A DNA stretch of 29,747 bases, from IMG/VR virus record IMGVR_UViG_3300046002_000449, positions 1 to 29,747 of that record; one strand, given 5' to 3'. This DNA comes from a virus (lineage: Duplodnaviria; Caudoviricetes). A model generated the notes under the pieces. The model did not search any database, was not told where the DNA came from, and was given only the letters and a program-made list of their open reading frames with translations. The stretch's first letter is position 1. Every line of letters starts with the position of its first letter. A program made the position numbers and the translations under genes. Shown here in pieces: positions 1 through 6,776 of the stretch.

Positions 1-377
1 CTGCATGGACTGATGAGCGTGGCTTGTTGATTGCTGCTAAACCTAAAAAGTTGATCGTTCCACCTGCATTGCAATTCGTTGCAACTCGCTTGTTGGAAAC
101 TGAACAACGTGTAGGAACTGCTGACAACGACATCAATGCGTTGAGAAACAACGGTTCTATTCCACAAGGCTACGCTATCAACCATTTCTTGACTGATAGC
201 AACGGCTGGTTCTTAACTACTGATGTACCTAATGGTATGAAGCATTTTGTTCGTGCTCCTATCACTAATGACATGAGTGGAGATTTCGACACCGGAAATG
301 TTCGCTACAGAAGTCGCGAAAGATATTCTTTCGGCTGGAGTGATCCACTTTCTATGTACGGATCGGTCGGCGCTTGA
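1..377 (+). CDS. Major capsid protein, C-terminal part (Mu gpT-like family); 5' truncated by the window edge
   Basis: The frame is open from nt 3: AWTDERGLLIAAKPKKLIVPPALQFVATRLL...GTADNDINA...NHFLTD..WF..TDVPNG.KHF.R...GDFDTGNVRY..RERYSFGWSDP. These motifs are typical of this capsid family. The TTG start at 24 in the track is not the real start. A terminator follows. Confidence 0.9.
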   Translation, partial: AWTDERGLLIAAKPKKLIVPPALQFVATRLLETEQRVGTADNDINALRNNGSIPQGYAINHFLTDSNGWFLTTDVPNGMKHFVRAPITNDMSGDFDTGNVRYRSRERYSFGWSDPLSMYGSVGA

Positions 378-400
378 TAGTAGAGGGCTCTGACTAAACT

Positions 401-427
401 AAGGCTCACTTCGGTGGGCCTTTTTTA
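401..427 (+). terminator. Rho-independent terminator after the capsid gene
   Basis: Stem AGGCTCAC/GTGGGCCT with a C(TTCG)G tetraloop, followed by a T run. Confidence 0.9.
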
Positions 428-430
428 TGT

Positions 431-458
431 TTGCTATTTTTAAAAACAACTGTATAAT
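431..458 (+). promoter_or_regulatory. Sigma70-like promoter for the HNH gene
   Basis: TTGCTA-16 nt-TATAAT, with an AGGAG SD at 480-484 before ATG 491. Confidence 0.6.
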
Positions 459-490
459 ATTACCTGTAACGAAACCCACAGGAGAATATA

Positions 491-1069
491 ATGTACAGTG
501 AATACCCAACCACTCGTAAAGAAGCTCAAGAAACTAAAGCAACTCATTACTTTACAGGACTACCTTGTAAGCATGGGCACATAGCCCTACGTAAAACTAA
601 AGGCACTTGTATGGATTGTCTTAAAATAGAATGGGAAGAAACTAATGCTAAACGTGCATTATTACCTAAATCTGAAGCTAGTAAAAAAGCAGGTAAAAAA
701 TACTACGAGAATAATAAAGAGGTTGTAAAATTAAGGGCTTTAAGTAGAAGTCCTGAAGATATTACAAAGTATAGAAAAACATGGAAGAAAGCCAATCCTG
801 AACTAGTGTTAGCCAATGATAAACACCGCAGAACTAAGCACAAACAAGCCACACCCAAATGGCTTACTCAAGAACATAAGACACAAATTAAACAGTTCTA
901 TTTAGATGCTATGCTAGTGAGCAAAGTTACAGGTATACCCTACGCTGTGGATCATATTGTACCGCTTCGTGGCGAGCTTGTTAGCGGGCTACATGTGCCT
1001 TGGAACCTAGCAGTTATAACTCGTGAAGAGAATAGCAAAAAATCAAATAAAATAAACTTGCACAGATAA
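491..1069 (+). CDS. Free-standing HNH homing endonuclease
   Basis: N-terminal YFTGxPCKHGH...CxxC module, and a C-terminal TPKWL...VDHIVPLRGELVSGLHVPWNLAVITREENSKKSN HNH motif. Confidence 0.88.
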   Translation: MYSEYPTTRKEAQETKATHYFTGLPCKHGHIALRKTKGTCMDCLKIEWEETNAKRALLPKSEASKKAGKKYYENNKEVVKLRALSRSPEDITKYRKTWKKANPELVLANDKHRRTKHKQATPKWLTQEHKTQIKQFYLDAMLVSKVTGIPYAVDHIVPLRGELVSGLHVPWNLAVITREENSKKSNKINLHR

Positions 1070-1086
1070 TAAATACGTAGTATAAG
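1058..1086 (+). promoter_or_regulatory. Sigma70-like promoter for the downstream structural operon
   Basis: TTGCAC-17 nt-TATAAG overlapping the HNH stop codon. The predicted start site is about 1093. Confidence 0.5.
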
Positions 1087-1092
1087 TACCCT

Positions 1093-1178
1093 AATACCCG
1101 GAATATCCGGCTTGGTAGACTGCCCGGGCAGACGCATAGAAGACGACCAAGCTTATACTTTCTATGAAGGAAATCGAA
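1093..1178 (+). ncRNA. Candidate structured cis-regulatory leader RNA (pseudoknotted)
   Basis: GC-rich island with three complementary pairs: GCTTGGT 1110-1116 / ACCAAGC 1146-1152; CCCGG 1097-1101 / CCGGG 1124-1128; CATAGAA 1135-1141 / TTCTATG 1160-1166. Three AGAC motifs. Confidence 0.55.
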
Positions 1179-1637
1179 ATGGCATTTACTACATTTTCTG
1201 GTCCAGTCCGCGCTGGTACTGTTCAAAACACTACTGGTACTACTGTTGGTCTTATTAACAACACAGGTGTTGTTGTTTTATCTCAAACTGCAAGCCTAGC
1301 TTTAACCACTAGTGCTCCTATTGTATTGCCAGCTGGTTCACAAATCTTAAACATCTTTATTGATGTCACTACTACTTTTACTACTAGTGCTACTCTTGCT
1401 GTAGGTGATGGTACAACTGCTGATAAATATGTTACTGCTATTACTACTCCAGCAGCGGGTCGTCAAACTATTACTTTTACTGCGACTCAATTAACTGCTA
1501 TAAACAACATCGGTACTTCTGACGTAGCTATTACTATAACTATGGCTGGTACTACTGCTACTGCAGGTGCTGGGTTTATTACTGTAGGATACGCTCAAAA
1601 AACATCTTCTGGCGCTGAAAATCCTGTTTCTGCATAA
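1179..1637 (+). CDS. Putative head decoration / minor structural protein
   Basis: The likely start is MAFTTFSGPVRAG at 1179, with SD AAGGA at 1167-1171. Thr/Ala/Gly-rich beta-type sequence with an LPAGSQI motif. Located downstream of the capsid gene. Confidence 0.65.
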   Translation: MAFTTFSGPVRAGTVQNTTGTTVGLINNTGVVVLSQTASLALTTSAPIVLPAGSQILNIFIDVTTTFTTSATLAVGDGTTADKYVTAITTPAAGRQTITFTATQLTAINNIGTSDVAITITMAGTTATAGAGFITVGYAQKTSSGAENPVSA

Positions 1638-1730
1638 TAATTAATCTAAGGGGACCAGAGTTGATCGACCTTGGTCTTAAACGAGAATGTATAAACCCGC
1701 CCTTAACTTTACACATTTAGGAGATTAATT

Positions 1731-2012
1731 ATGGCTATGCAAACAGACGTCAAATCGGCAGCATGTGCCGCCGCTGCGAGTACATTAGCAGTCAGTGTAC
1801 GTACAAGGTTAAAAGGTTTAACTATTAGTTATGCTTCTGGTGCAGTTGTAACTGTTACAGATGGTAATGGTGGCGCTACTTTATATTCTTTTACAGCACC
1901 ATTAGCAGCAGGTGCTACAAATATTCTTATTCCCGGACAAGGTATTTTAGCTTCTACAGGATTATATGTTACTAATCCAGCGGCAACTACCACCTCCATT
2001 TTTTACGGCTAA
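1731..2012 (+). CDS. Small putative virion structural protein
   Basis: AGGAG SD. MAMQTDVKS...R.KG...IPGQGIL...IFYG is a pattern seen in capsid-adjacent phage proteins. Confidence 0.6.
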   Translation: MAMQTDVKSAACAAAASTLAVSVRTRLKGLTISYASGAVVTVTDGNGGATLYSFTAPLAAGATNILIPGQGILASTGLYVTNPAATTTSIFYG

Positions 2013-2015
2013 GTC

Positions 2016-2273
2016 ATGGAGCATCAAAGATCATCAGACCCTGAAGTAAGAACAGCTAGAGAGTTAGCTGAGCATGGCGCAGACATACGGCATTTACAAT
2101 CGGACATGGACAAAATGGTTAAAGATATGGACGAGATTAAAGAAACCATAAAAGAAATTAGTAAAACCCTGTCTGAGGCTAAAGGTGGATGGCGTATGTT
2201 TATGATGATTGGCGGGGTAGGTGCTACGGTTGGTGCTGGTGTATCTTGGATAATTGACATAATAAGGCACTAA
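2016..2273 (+). CDS. Coiled-coil protein with C-terminal transmembrane helix (holin/XhlA-like)
   Basis: Heptad region (IRHLQSDMDKMVKDMDEIKETIKEI), then KGGW and a hydrophobic Gly-rich C-terminus. Confidence 0.55.
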   Translation: MEHQRSSDPEVRTARELAEHGADIRHLQSDMDKMVKDMDEIKETIKEISKTLSEAKGGWRMFMMIGGVGATVGAGVSWIIDIIRH

Positions 2274-2539
2274 TGGCTACTAAAAAAGCTCCAGTATTAT
2301 CAGTTGGTAGAGGTGAGAAGTTACCTGTGTCTAAGGGCGCTGGTTTGACTGCTAAGGGTAGAGCTAAGTATAACAACGCTACAGGCTCTAATCTAAAGGC
2401 TCCTCAACCAGAAGGCGGTCCAAGAAAGAAATCATTTTGTGCCAGAATGTCAGGTATGCCGGGTCCTATGAAGGACGAAAGCGGTAAACCTACACGTAAG
2501 GCAGCATCATTAAAAAGGTGGAAGTGCGGTGCCAAGTAA
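2273..2539 (+). CDS. Small basic conserved phage protein
   Basis: GLTAKGRAKYN...NLKAP...RKKSFCARMSG...SLKRWKC. Strongly basic. Coupled to the upstream gene by TAATG. Confidence 0.75.
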   Translation: MATKKAPVLSVGRGEKLPVSKGAGLTAKGRAKYNNATGSNLKAPQPEGGPRKKSFCARMSGMPGPMKDESGKPTRKAASLKRWKCGAK

Positions 2540-2924
2540 ATCAAAGAAACAAGCGAATTTTATGCGGGCAATAGCCCATAGTCCTAAATTTGCTAAAAAA
2601 GCGGGTGTTCCGCAATCGGTAGGAAAAGACTTTGCTGCCGCTGATAAAGGTAAGAAATTTAACGAGGGCGGTAAAATGGCAGCTAAGAAAGTTGATTTAA
2701 AGAAAATGTTTAAAGGCAAAGAGTCAGTTAAAGAAGAGCTTAAAGAAGCTAAAGCTATTAAGTCTGGTAAGATTACACCAATGCAATACGCTAAAGGTGA
2801 AAAGTCTGAGCCAATGAAAAAGATGAAAGCTGGTGGTAAAACCTCATGTTACAAGACTGGTGGTTTTGTAAAAGCTGCTGACGGTGTTGCAACTAAAGGA
2901 AAAACTAAAGGTAGGTTAGTATAA
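2529..2924 (+). CDS. Small Lys-rich protein with xxGG motifs and a C-terminal DGxAxKGKTKGR motif
   Basis: GTG start. MPSKSKKQANFMRAIAHSPKFAKKAGVPQSVGKDF N-terminus. Contains FNEGG, MKAGG and YKTGG. Confidence 0.75.
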   Translation: MPSKSKKQANFMRAIAHSPKFAKKAGVPQSVGKDFAAADKGKKFNEGGKMAAKKVDLKKMFKGKESVKEELKEAKAIKSGKITPMQYAKGEKSEPMKKMKAGGKTSCYKTGGFVKAADGVATKGKTKGRLV

Positions 2925-3685
2925 TGGCTGAGCAAAAGAAACTAAAAGCAAAAATGAAACCCGGTGTAAGTAAAGCCACACCTATAAAAACTACGTCTAG
3001 TGGAAGTAAAGATGTAGCTATTAGAAGAGCTAGTGATGTTGCTACTAGAGGTAGTGGGGATAATAAATTACCTCCTAGAGCTAGTGCTACTGCGTCTAGT
3101 GGAAGTAAAGATGTAGCTATTAGAAGAGCTAGTGATGTTGCTACTAGAGGTAGTGGGGATAATAAATTACCTCCTAGAGCTAGTGCTACTGCGTCTAGTG
3201 GAAGTAAAGATGTAGCTATTAGAAGAGCTAGTGATGTTAGAACAATGAAAGATGTATCTGAAGTAGCTAGTAAAACTGGTAGAGCTGCGTCTTTAGGTAG
3301 ATTAGCTACTGGAGCAGGTTTATTAGCTTATTCTAAAGATGCAGGGGAGGGGAGTGATTTTAAAGGTACTAATGAACGTCCAGCACTTTATTCTGGTCTA
3401 AATAATGAACCTAAAGTAACTCCAAAAGATGTAGCACCTAAAGCAGCTCCTAAAGCAGCAGTTCGTAGAGCAGTTGATACAGGCAAAGCAGCTAGACAAG
3501 CAGCATATGATGAATGGGTAAAATCTAATCGTGACCCTATGAGTCAATTAGCTAAAGATAGAGGTGTATTAACTAAAGACAATACTCCAAGCGATTCACC
3601 TGTTAGAATGAAATCAGGTGGTGCAGTTAGGTCTAAAATTGATGGTATTGCTCAACGTGGTAAAACTCGTGGTAGATACTGCTAA
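2924..3685 (+). CDS. Basic low-complexity protein with 33-aa repeats and a C-terminal DGIAQRGKTRGR motif
   Basis: 253-aa ORF coupled by TAATG at both ends. Contains MKSGG. Confidence 0.75.
   Translation: MAEQKKLKAKMKPGVSKATPIKTTSSGSKDVAIRRASDVATRGSGDNKLPPRASATASSGSKDVAIRRASDVATRGSGDNKLPPRASATASSGSKDVAIRRASDVRTMKDVSEVASKTGRAASLGRLATGAGLLAYSKDAGEGSDFKGTNERPALYSGLNNEPKVTPKDVAPKAAPKAAVRRAVDTGKAARQAAYDEWVKSNRDPMSQLAKDRGVLTKDNTPSDSPVRMKSGGAVRSKIDGIAQRGKTRGRYC
2994..3238 (+). repeat. 99-bp perfect tandem repeat, about 2.5 copies
   Basis: Units start at 2994, 3093 and 3192 (CGTCTAGTGGAAGTAAAGATGTAGC...) and encode SSGSKDVAIRRASDVATRGSGDNKLPPRASATA. Confidence 0.95.
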
Positions 3686-3846
3686 TGAGAGCCTCACGTG
3701 GCATGGGCGACATTAACCCTAGTAAGATGCCTAAAGGTAAGAAGATTATCCGTAAGGACGATCCCAATGCTGTAGAGATGTACAAGAAAGGGGGAGTAGC
3801 TAAAAGCTTTCCTCCTCTTACTAAAAACAAACGGGCTAAGAAATGA
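3685..3846 (+). CDS. 53-aa basic protein (not in the ORF track)
   Basis: MRASRGMGDINPSKMPKGKKIIRKDDPNAVEMYKKGGVAKSFPPLTKNKRAKK. It fills the gap exactly, with a TAATG overlap upstream and an ATGA overlap downstream. Confidence 0.8.
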   Translation: MRASRGMGDINPSKMPKGKKIIRKDDPNAVEMYKKGGVAKSFPPLTKNKRAKK

Positions 3847-4556
3847 CCACTACTGGAACTGCACTATTTAATATAGACCTCTCAGAAATAATTGAAGAAG
3901 CCTTTGAACGTGCGGGCTCTGAACTTCGTAGTGGTTATGACTTTAAGACAGCCAGACGTTCTCTTAACTTACTCCTGATAGAATGGGGTAATAAAGGCAT
4001 AAATCTTTGGTGCGTAGAGCAAGGACAGATTGTGCTTAGCACAGGTGTTGCGACATACCCACTACCTGTAGACACCGTTGACTTATTAGACCATGTAATA
4101 CGTACAGGTTCAGGTCAAAACCAATCCGATATAACTATATCAAGAATTTCAGGTTCTACTTACTCGACAATCCCTAATAAGAATGCGTTAGGTAAACCTA
4201 TCCAAGTGTGGATAAACAGACAATCAGGTGCAACAACTCCTACAGGTGTAGCTAGTCCAACGATCAATGTGTGGCCTACGCCGCAAGCTCCTGACTCCCA
4301 ATATACATTCGTGTACTGGCGCTTAAGAAGAATGCAAGATGCTGGCAACGGTATCAACACACAAGATATACCTTATCTCTTCTTACCCGCGCTTGTGGCT
4401 GGCTTAGCTTATTACCTATCTATGAAACTTCCGGGTATGGATATGCAAAAAGCACAGGCGTTGAAGATGGTGTATGATGAGCAATTCCAATTAGCTGCAG
4501 ATGAGAATAGAGAAAAAGCCCCTGTACGTGTGGTTCCTAGGATGGCGTTTATTTAA
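3843..4556 (+). CDS. Putative head-tail adaptor / tail tubular protein A-like
   Basis: IIEEAFERAG...TARRSLNLLLIEWGNKGINLW...INVWPTP...FLPALVAGLAYYLSMK pattern, in a position between head and tail genes. Confidence 0.65.
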   Translation: MTTTGTALFNIDLSEIIEEAFERAGSELRSGYDFKTARRSLNLLLIEWGNKGINLWCVEQGQIVLSTGVATYPLPVDTVDLLDHVIRTGSGQNQSDITISRISGSTYSTIPNKNALGKPIQVWINRQSGATTPTGVASPTINVWPTPQAPDSQYTFVYWRLRRMQDAGNGINTQDIPYLFLPALVAGLAYYLSMKLPGMDMQKAQALKMVYDEQFQLAADENREKAPVRVVPRMAFI

Positions 4557-4939
4557 TGAGCTCTAAGTATGCTAGAGGTAAGATTGCAATATCACAGTGT
4601 GATCGTTGTGGTATGGAGTACCTACTTAAAACATTGCGCCCATTAACTATAAAGACTAAGATAACTAACATATTAGTTTGTCCTACTTGTTGGGAACCGG
4701 ATCAACCGCAGTTACAGATAGGTATGTACCCTGTAAGCGACCCACAGGCTTTACGTAATCCACGTAGAGATACAAGTTATGACGTATCAGGTTTAGATAT
4801 TAATAACTACGGCGCTGGCGGTTCAAGAATATTTCAGTGGGGCTGGGCGCCAGTAGGCGGAGCTTCACAGTTTGACGAAGTTTTAACACCTAATGCTCTA
4901 ATTGCAGTAGGGCAAGTTAGTTCAGTAACTACAACATAG
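4556..4939 (+). CDS. Zinc-ribbon-like protein (CxxC...CxxC)
   Basis: CDRCG and CPTC, followed by DQPQLQIG...DPQALRNPR. Confidence 0.65.
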   Translation: MSSKYARGKIAISQCDRCGMEYLLKTLRPLTIKTKITNILVCPTCWEPDQPQLQIGMYPVSDPQALRNPRRDTSYDVSGLDINNYGAGGSRIFQWGWAPVGGASQFDEVLTPNALIAVGQVSSVTTT

Positions 4940-4947
4940 AGAATTAT

Positions 4948-5103
4948 ATGACTATTTTATCTGATAAGTACCCACAAATTAAACCAGCACCTGCAGCTAA
5001 TATTTCAGGATATCCTCAAAAGAACATTAAAACTACTGGTGTAAAAACTCGTGGTAATGGCGCTGCTGTAAAAGGAACCATCGCTCGCGGTCCAATGGCG
5101 TAA
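4948..5103 (+). CDS. 51-aa basic protein (not in the ORF track)
   Basis: MTILSDKYPQIKPAPAANISGYPQKNIKTTGVKTRGNGAAVKGTIARGPMA. It fills the intergenic gap, and its C-terminus resembles those of the other small basic proteins. Confidence 0.7.
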   Translation: MTILSDKYPQIKPAPAANISGYPQKNIKTTGVKTRGNGAAVKGTIARGPMA

Positions 5104-5106
5104 GTA

Positions 5107-5775
5107 ATGAATTACACTTCGTTAGTTCAAGCTATACAAGACTACTCTGAAAATACTGAGCAGCTATTTGTAGCAAATATAAATACCTTTCTGAGTCAAG
5201 CAGAACTTCGTATATATAACTCTGTACAGATTCCAGTACTTAGAAAGAATGTAACAGGTGCTGTAACTACTAGTAATCCTTATCTGTCTTGTCCTGATGA
5301 TTTTATGGCTGTGTATTCTCTTGCGGCTATTAATGCATCAGGTTCGTATAATTACCTTATTGATAAGGATGTAAGTTTTGTTCGTGAGGCTTACCCTAAT
5401 CCAAGTGTTACAGGCCTACCTAAGTACTACGCTATATTTGGATCACAGTTAACTTACCCTACTGAGTTATCTCTTATCTTGACCCCAACACCTGATGATA
5501 ACTATAGTGTAGAGTTACATTACTACTATATGCCGGAGTCTATAACTGTGGCTGCGTCAGGTACTACTTGGTTAAGTGATAACTACGATCCTGTATTGTT
5601 CTACGGTGCTATGCGTGAAGCTATGATCTTTATGAAAGGTGAAGCGGATATGGTTGGTTATTATGAGAATAAGTATCAAGAAGCCTTGGGCCAACTAAAA
5701 CGTCTTGGGGACGGTTTAGAGAGAGGTGACTCTTACAGAAACAACCAAACTAAACTACCTTATAGCAGCTTATGA
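5107..5775 (+). CDS. Putative second adaptor / tail tubular protein
   Basis: MNYxxLVQAIQDY.E...AELRI...G.PKYYA...PTPD..Y.VELHYYY.P...TWLSDN...LFYG pattern. Confidence 0.65.
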   Translation: MNYTSLVQAIQDYSENTEQLFVANINTFLSQAELRIYNSVQIPVLRKNVTGAVTTSNPYLSCPDDFMAVYSLAAINASGSYNYLIDKDVSFVREAYPNPSVTGLPKYYAIFGSQLTYPTELSLILTPTPDDNYSVELHYYYMPESITVAASGTTWLSDNYDPVLFYGAMREAMIFMKGEADMVGYYENKYQEALGQLKRLGDGLERGDSYRNNQTKLPYSSL

Positions 5776-6191
5776 TAGTTCAAGGACAATGCACCATTTT
5801 CAAAAAGAATCTACTTAGCGGTTTAGAGAACTTTGCTGTAGGCACACCCTATGTGTATAAGATAGCTTTATATACAGCCAATGCTGATCTTAATGCTGCA
5901 ACTTTAGTTTATACAACTTTAAATGAAGTAGTTGGGACAGGATATGTCGCAGGTGGAGAAATATTAACTCCTATAGTACCTGCTAGTTTAAACTCAACAG
6001 CTTATGTATCATTTGACAATGTGCCATGGTTAACATCTAGTTTTCTATGTCGTGGAGCTTTAATATATAATAGTACAACTAACGCTGCTGTAGCTGTTTT
6101 GGACTTTGGTTCAGATAAGATTGCATCAGGTACATTTACAGTAACCTTTCCACCCTCGACAGCTACAACGGCTGTTATTAGAATATCTTAA
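5772..6191 (+). CDS. Putative tail-associated structural protein
   Basis: KIALYT...NEVVGTGYVAGG...RGALIYN...AVAVLDFGSDK...GTFTVTFP. Confidence 0.6.
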   Translation: MIVQGQCTIFKKNLLSGLENFAVGTPYVYKIALYTANADLNAATLVYTTLNEVVGTGYVAGGEILTPIVPASLNSTAYVSFDNVPWLTSSFLCRGALIYNSTTNAAVAVLDFGSDKIASGTFTVTFPPSTATTAVIRIS

Positions 6192-6200
6192 GGAATTAAA

Positions 6201-6767
6201 ATGAATAAAGAACTAGTACAATCTGGAGACACTTGCTCAGCTACTGTTGATCGTGGTGCAGGCTATAAAGAAAGCATGGAAATGCATGGTAGTTACCATG
6301 TAGTTTGTCACGGTGCTGATGGTGTTCTTAAATGGGAAGACAACATTGAGAACTTAGTAACCACTGTTGGTAAGAACTTAACCATTACAGCTGCTCTAAC
6401 TAATGCGGCGCAAGGTGTGGCATTTATGGGCCTTAAAGGCGTAGGCGCGGCTGCTGTAGGCGATACACAAGCGTCTCACGGCGCATGGTTAGAAGTCGGT
6501 ACAACTAATGCCCCTACTTACACAGGCCCTCGTAAAACTCCAACTTGGGGAACTGCGTCTGCTGGTACTATTGGACCTACAGCAGTTCAGGTATTTGCTA
6601 TGACAGGTGCAGGCACAGTTGCTGGTTGTTTTATAAACGTAGGTGGTACATCTGCTATTGACAACACAACAGGCACTTTATTTTCTGCAGGTGACTTTCC
6701 CGCAGGTGTTAAGACTGTATCTTCAGGCGATACGCTTTCTGTAACCTATACTGCAACTGCAGCTTAA
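6201..6767 (+). CDS. Putative tail structural protein
   Basis: AAGGA SD. KWED.IENLVTTVGKN...GTLFSAGDF...SGDTLSVTY. Confidence 0.55.
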   Translation: MNKELVQSGDTCSATVDRGAGYKESMEMHGSYHVVCHGADGVLKWEDNIENLVTTVGKNLTITAALTNAAQGVAFMGLKGVGAAAVGDTQASHGAWLEVGTTNAPTYTGPRKTPTWGTASAGTIGPTAVQVFAMTGAGTVAGCFINVGGTSAIDNTTGTLFSAGDFPAGVKTVSSGDTLSVTYTATAA

Positions 6768-6776
6768 GGAATTTAT

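Noticed and set aside
1097-1152. HDV-like/theta ribozyme or hammerhead interpretation of the leader RNA
   Set aside because: The helix order is superficially HDV-like, but only 7 nt lie where P3-L3-P3 would be needed. There is no CUGANGA/GAAA hammerhead core.
2994-3238. Possible CRISPR array
   Set aside because: The units are contiguous, identical and in-frame, with no unique spacers and no cas genes.
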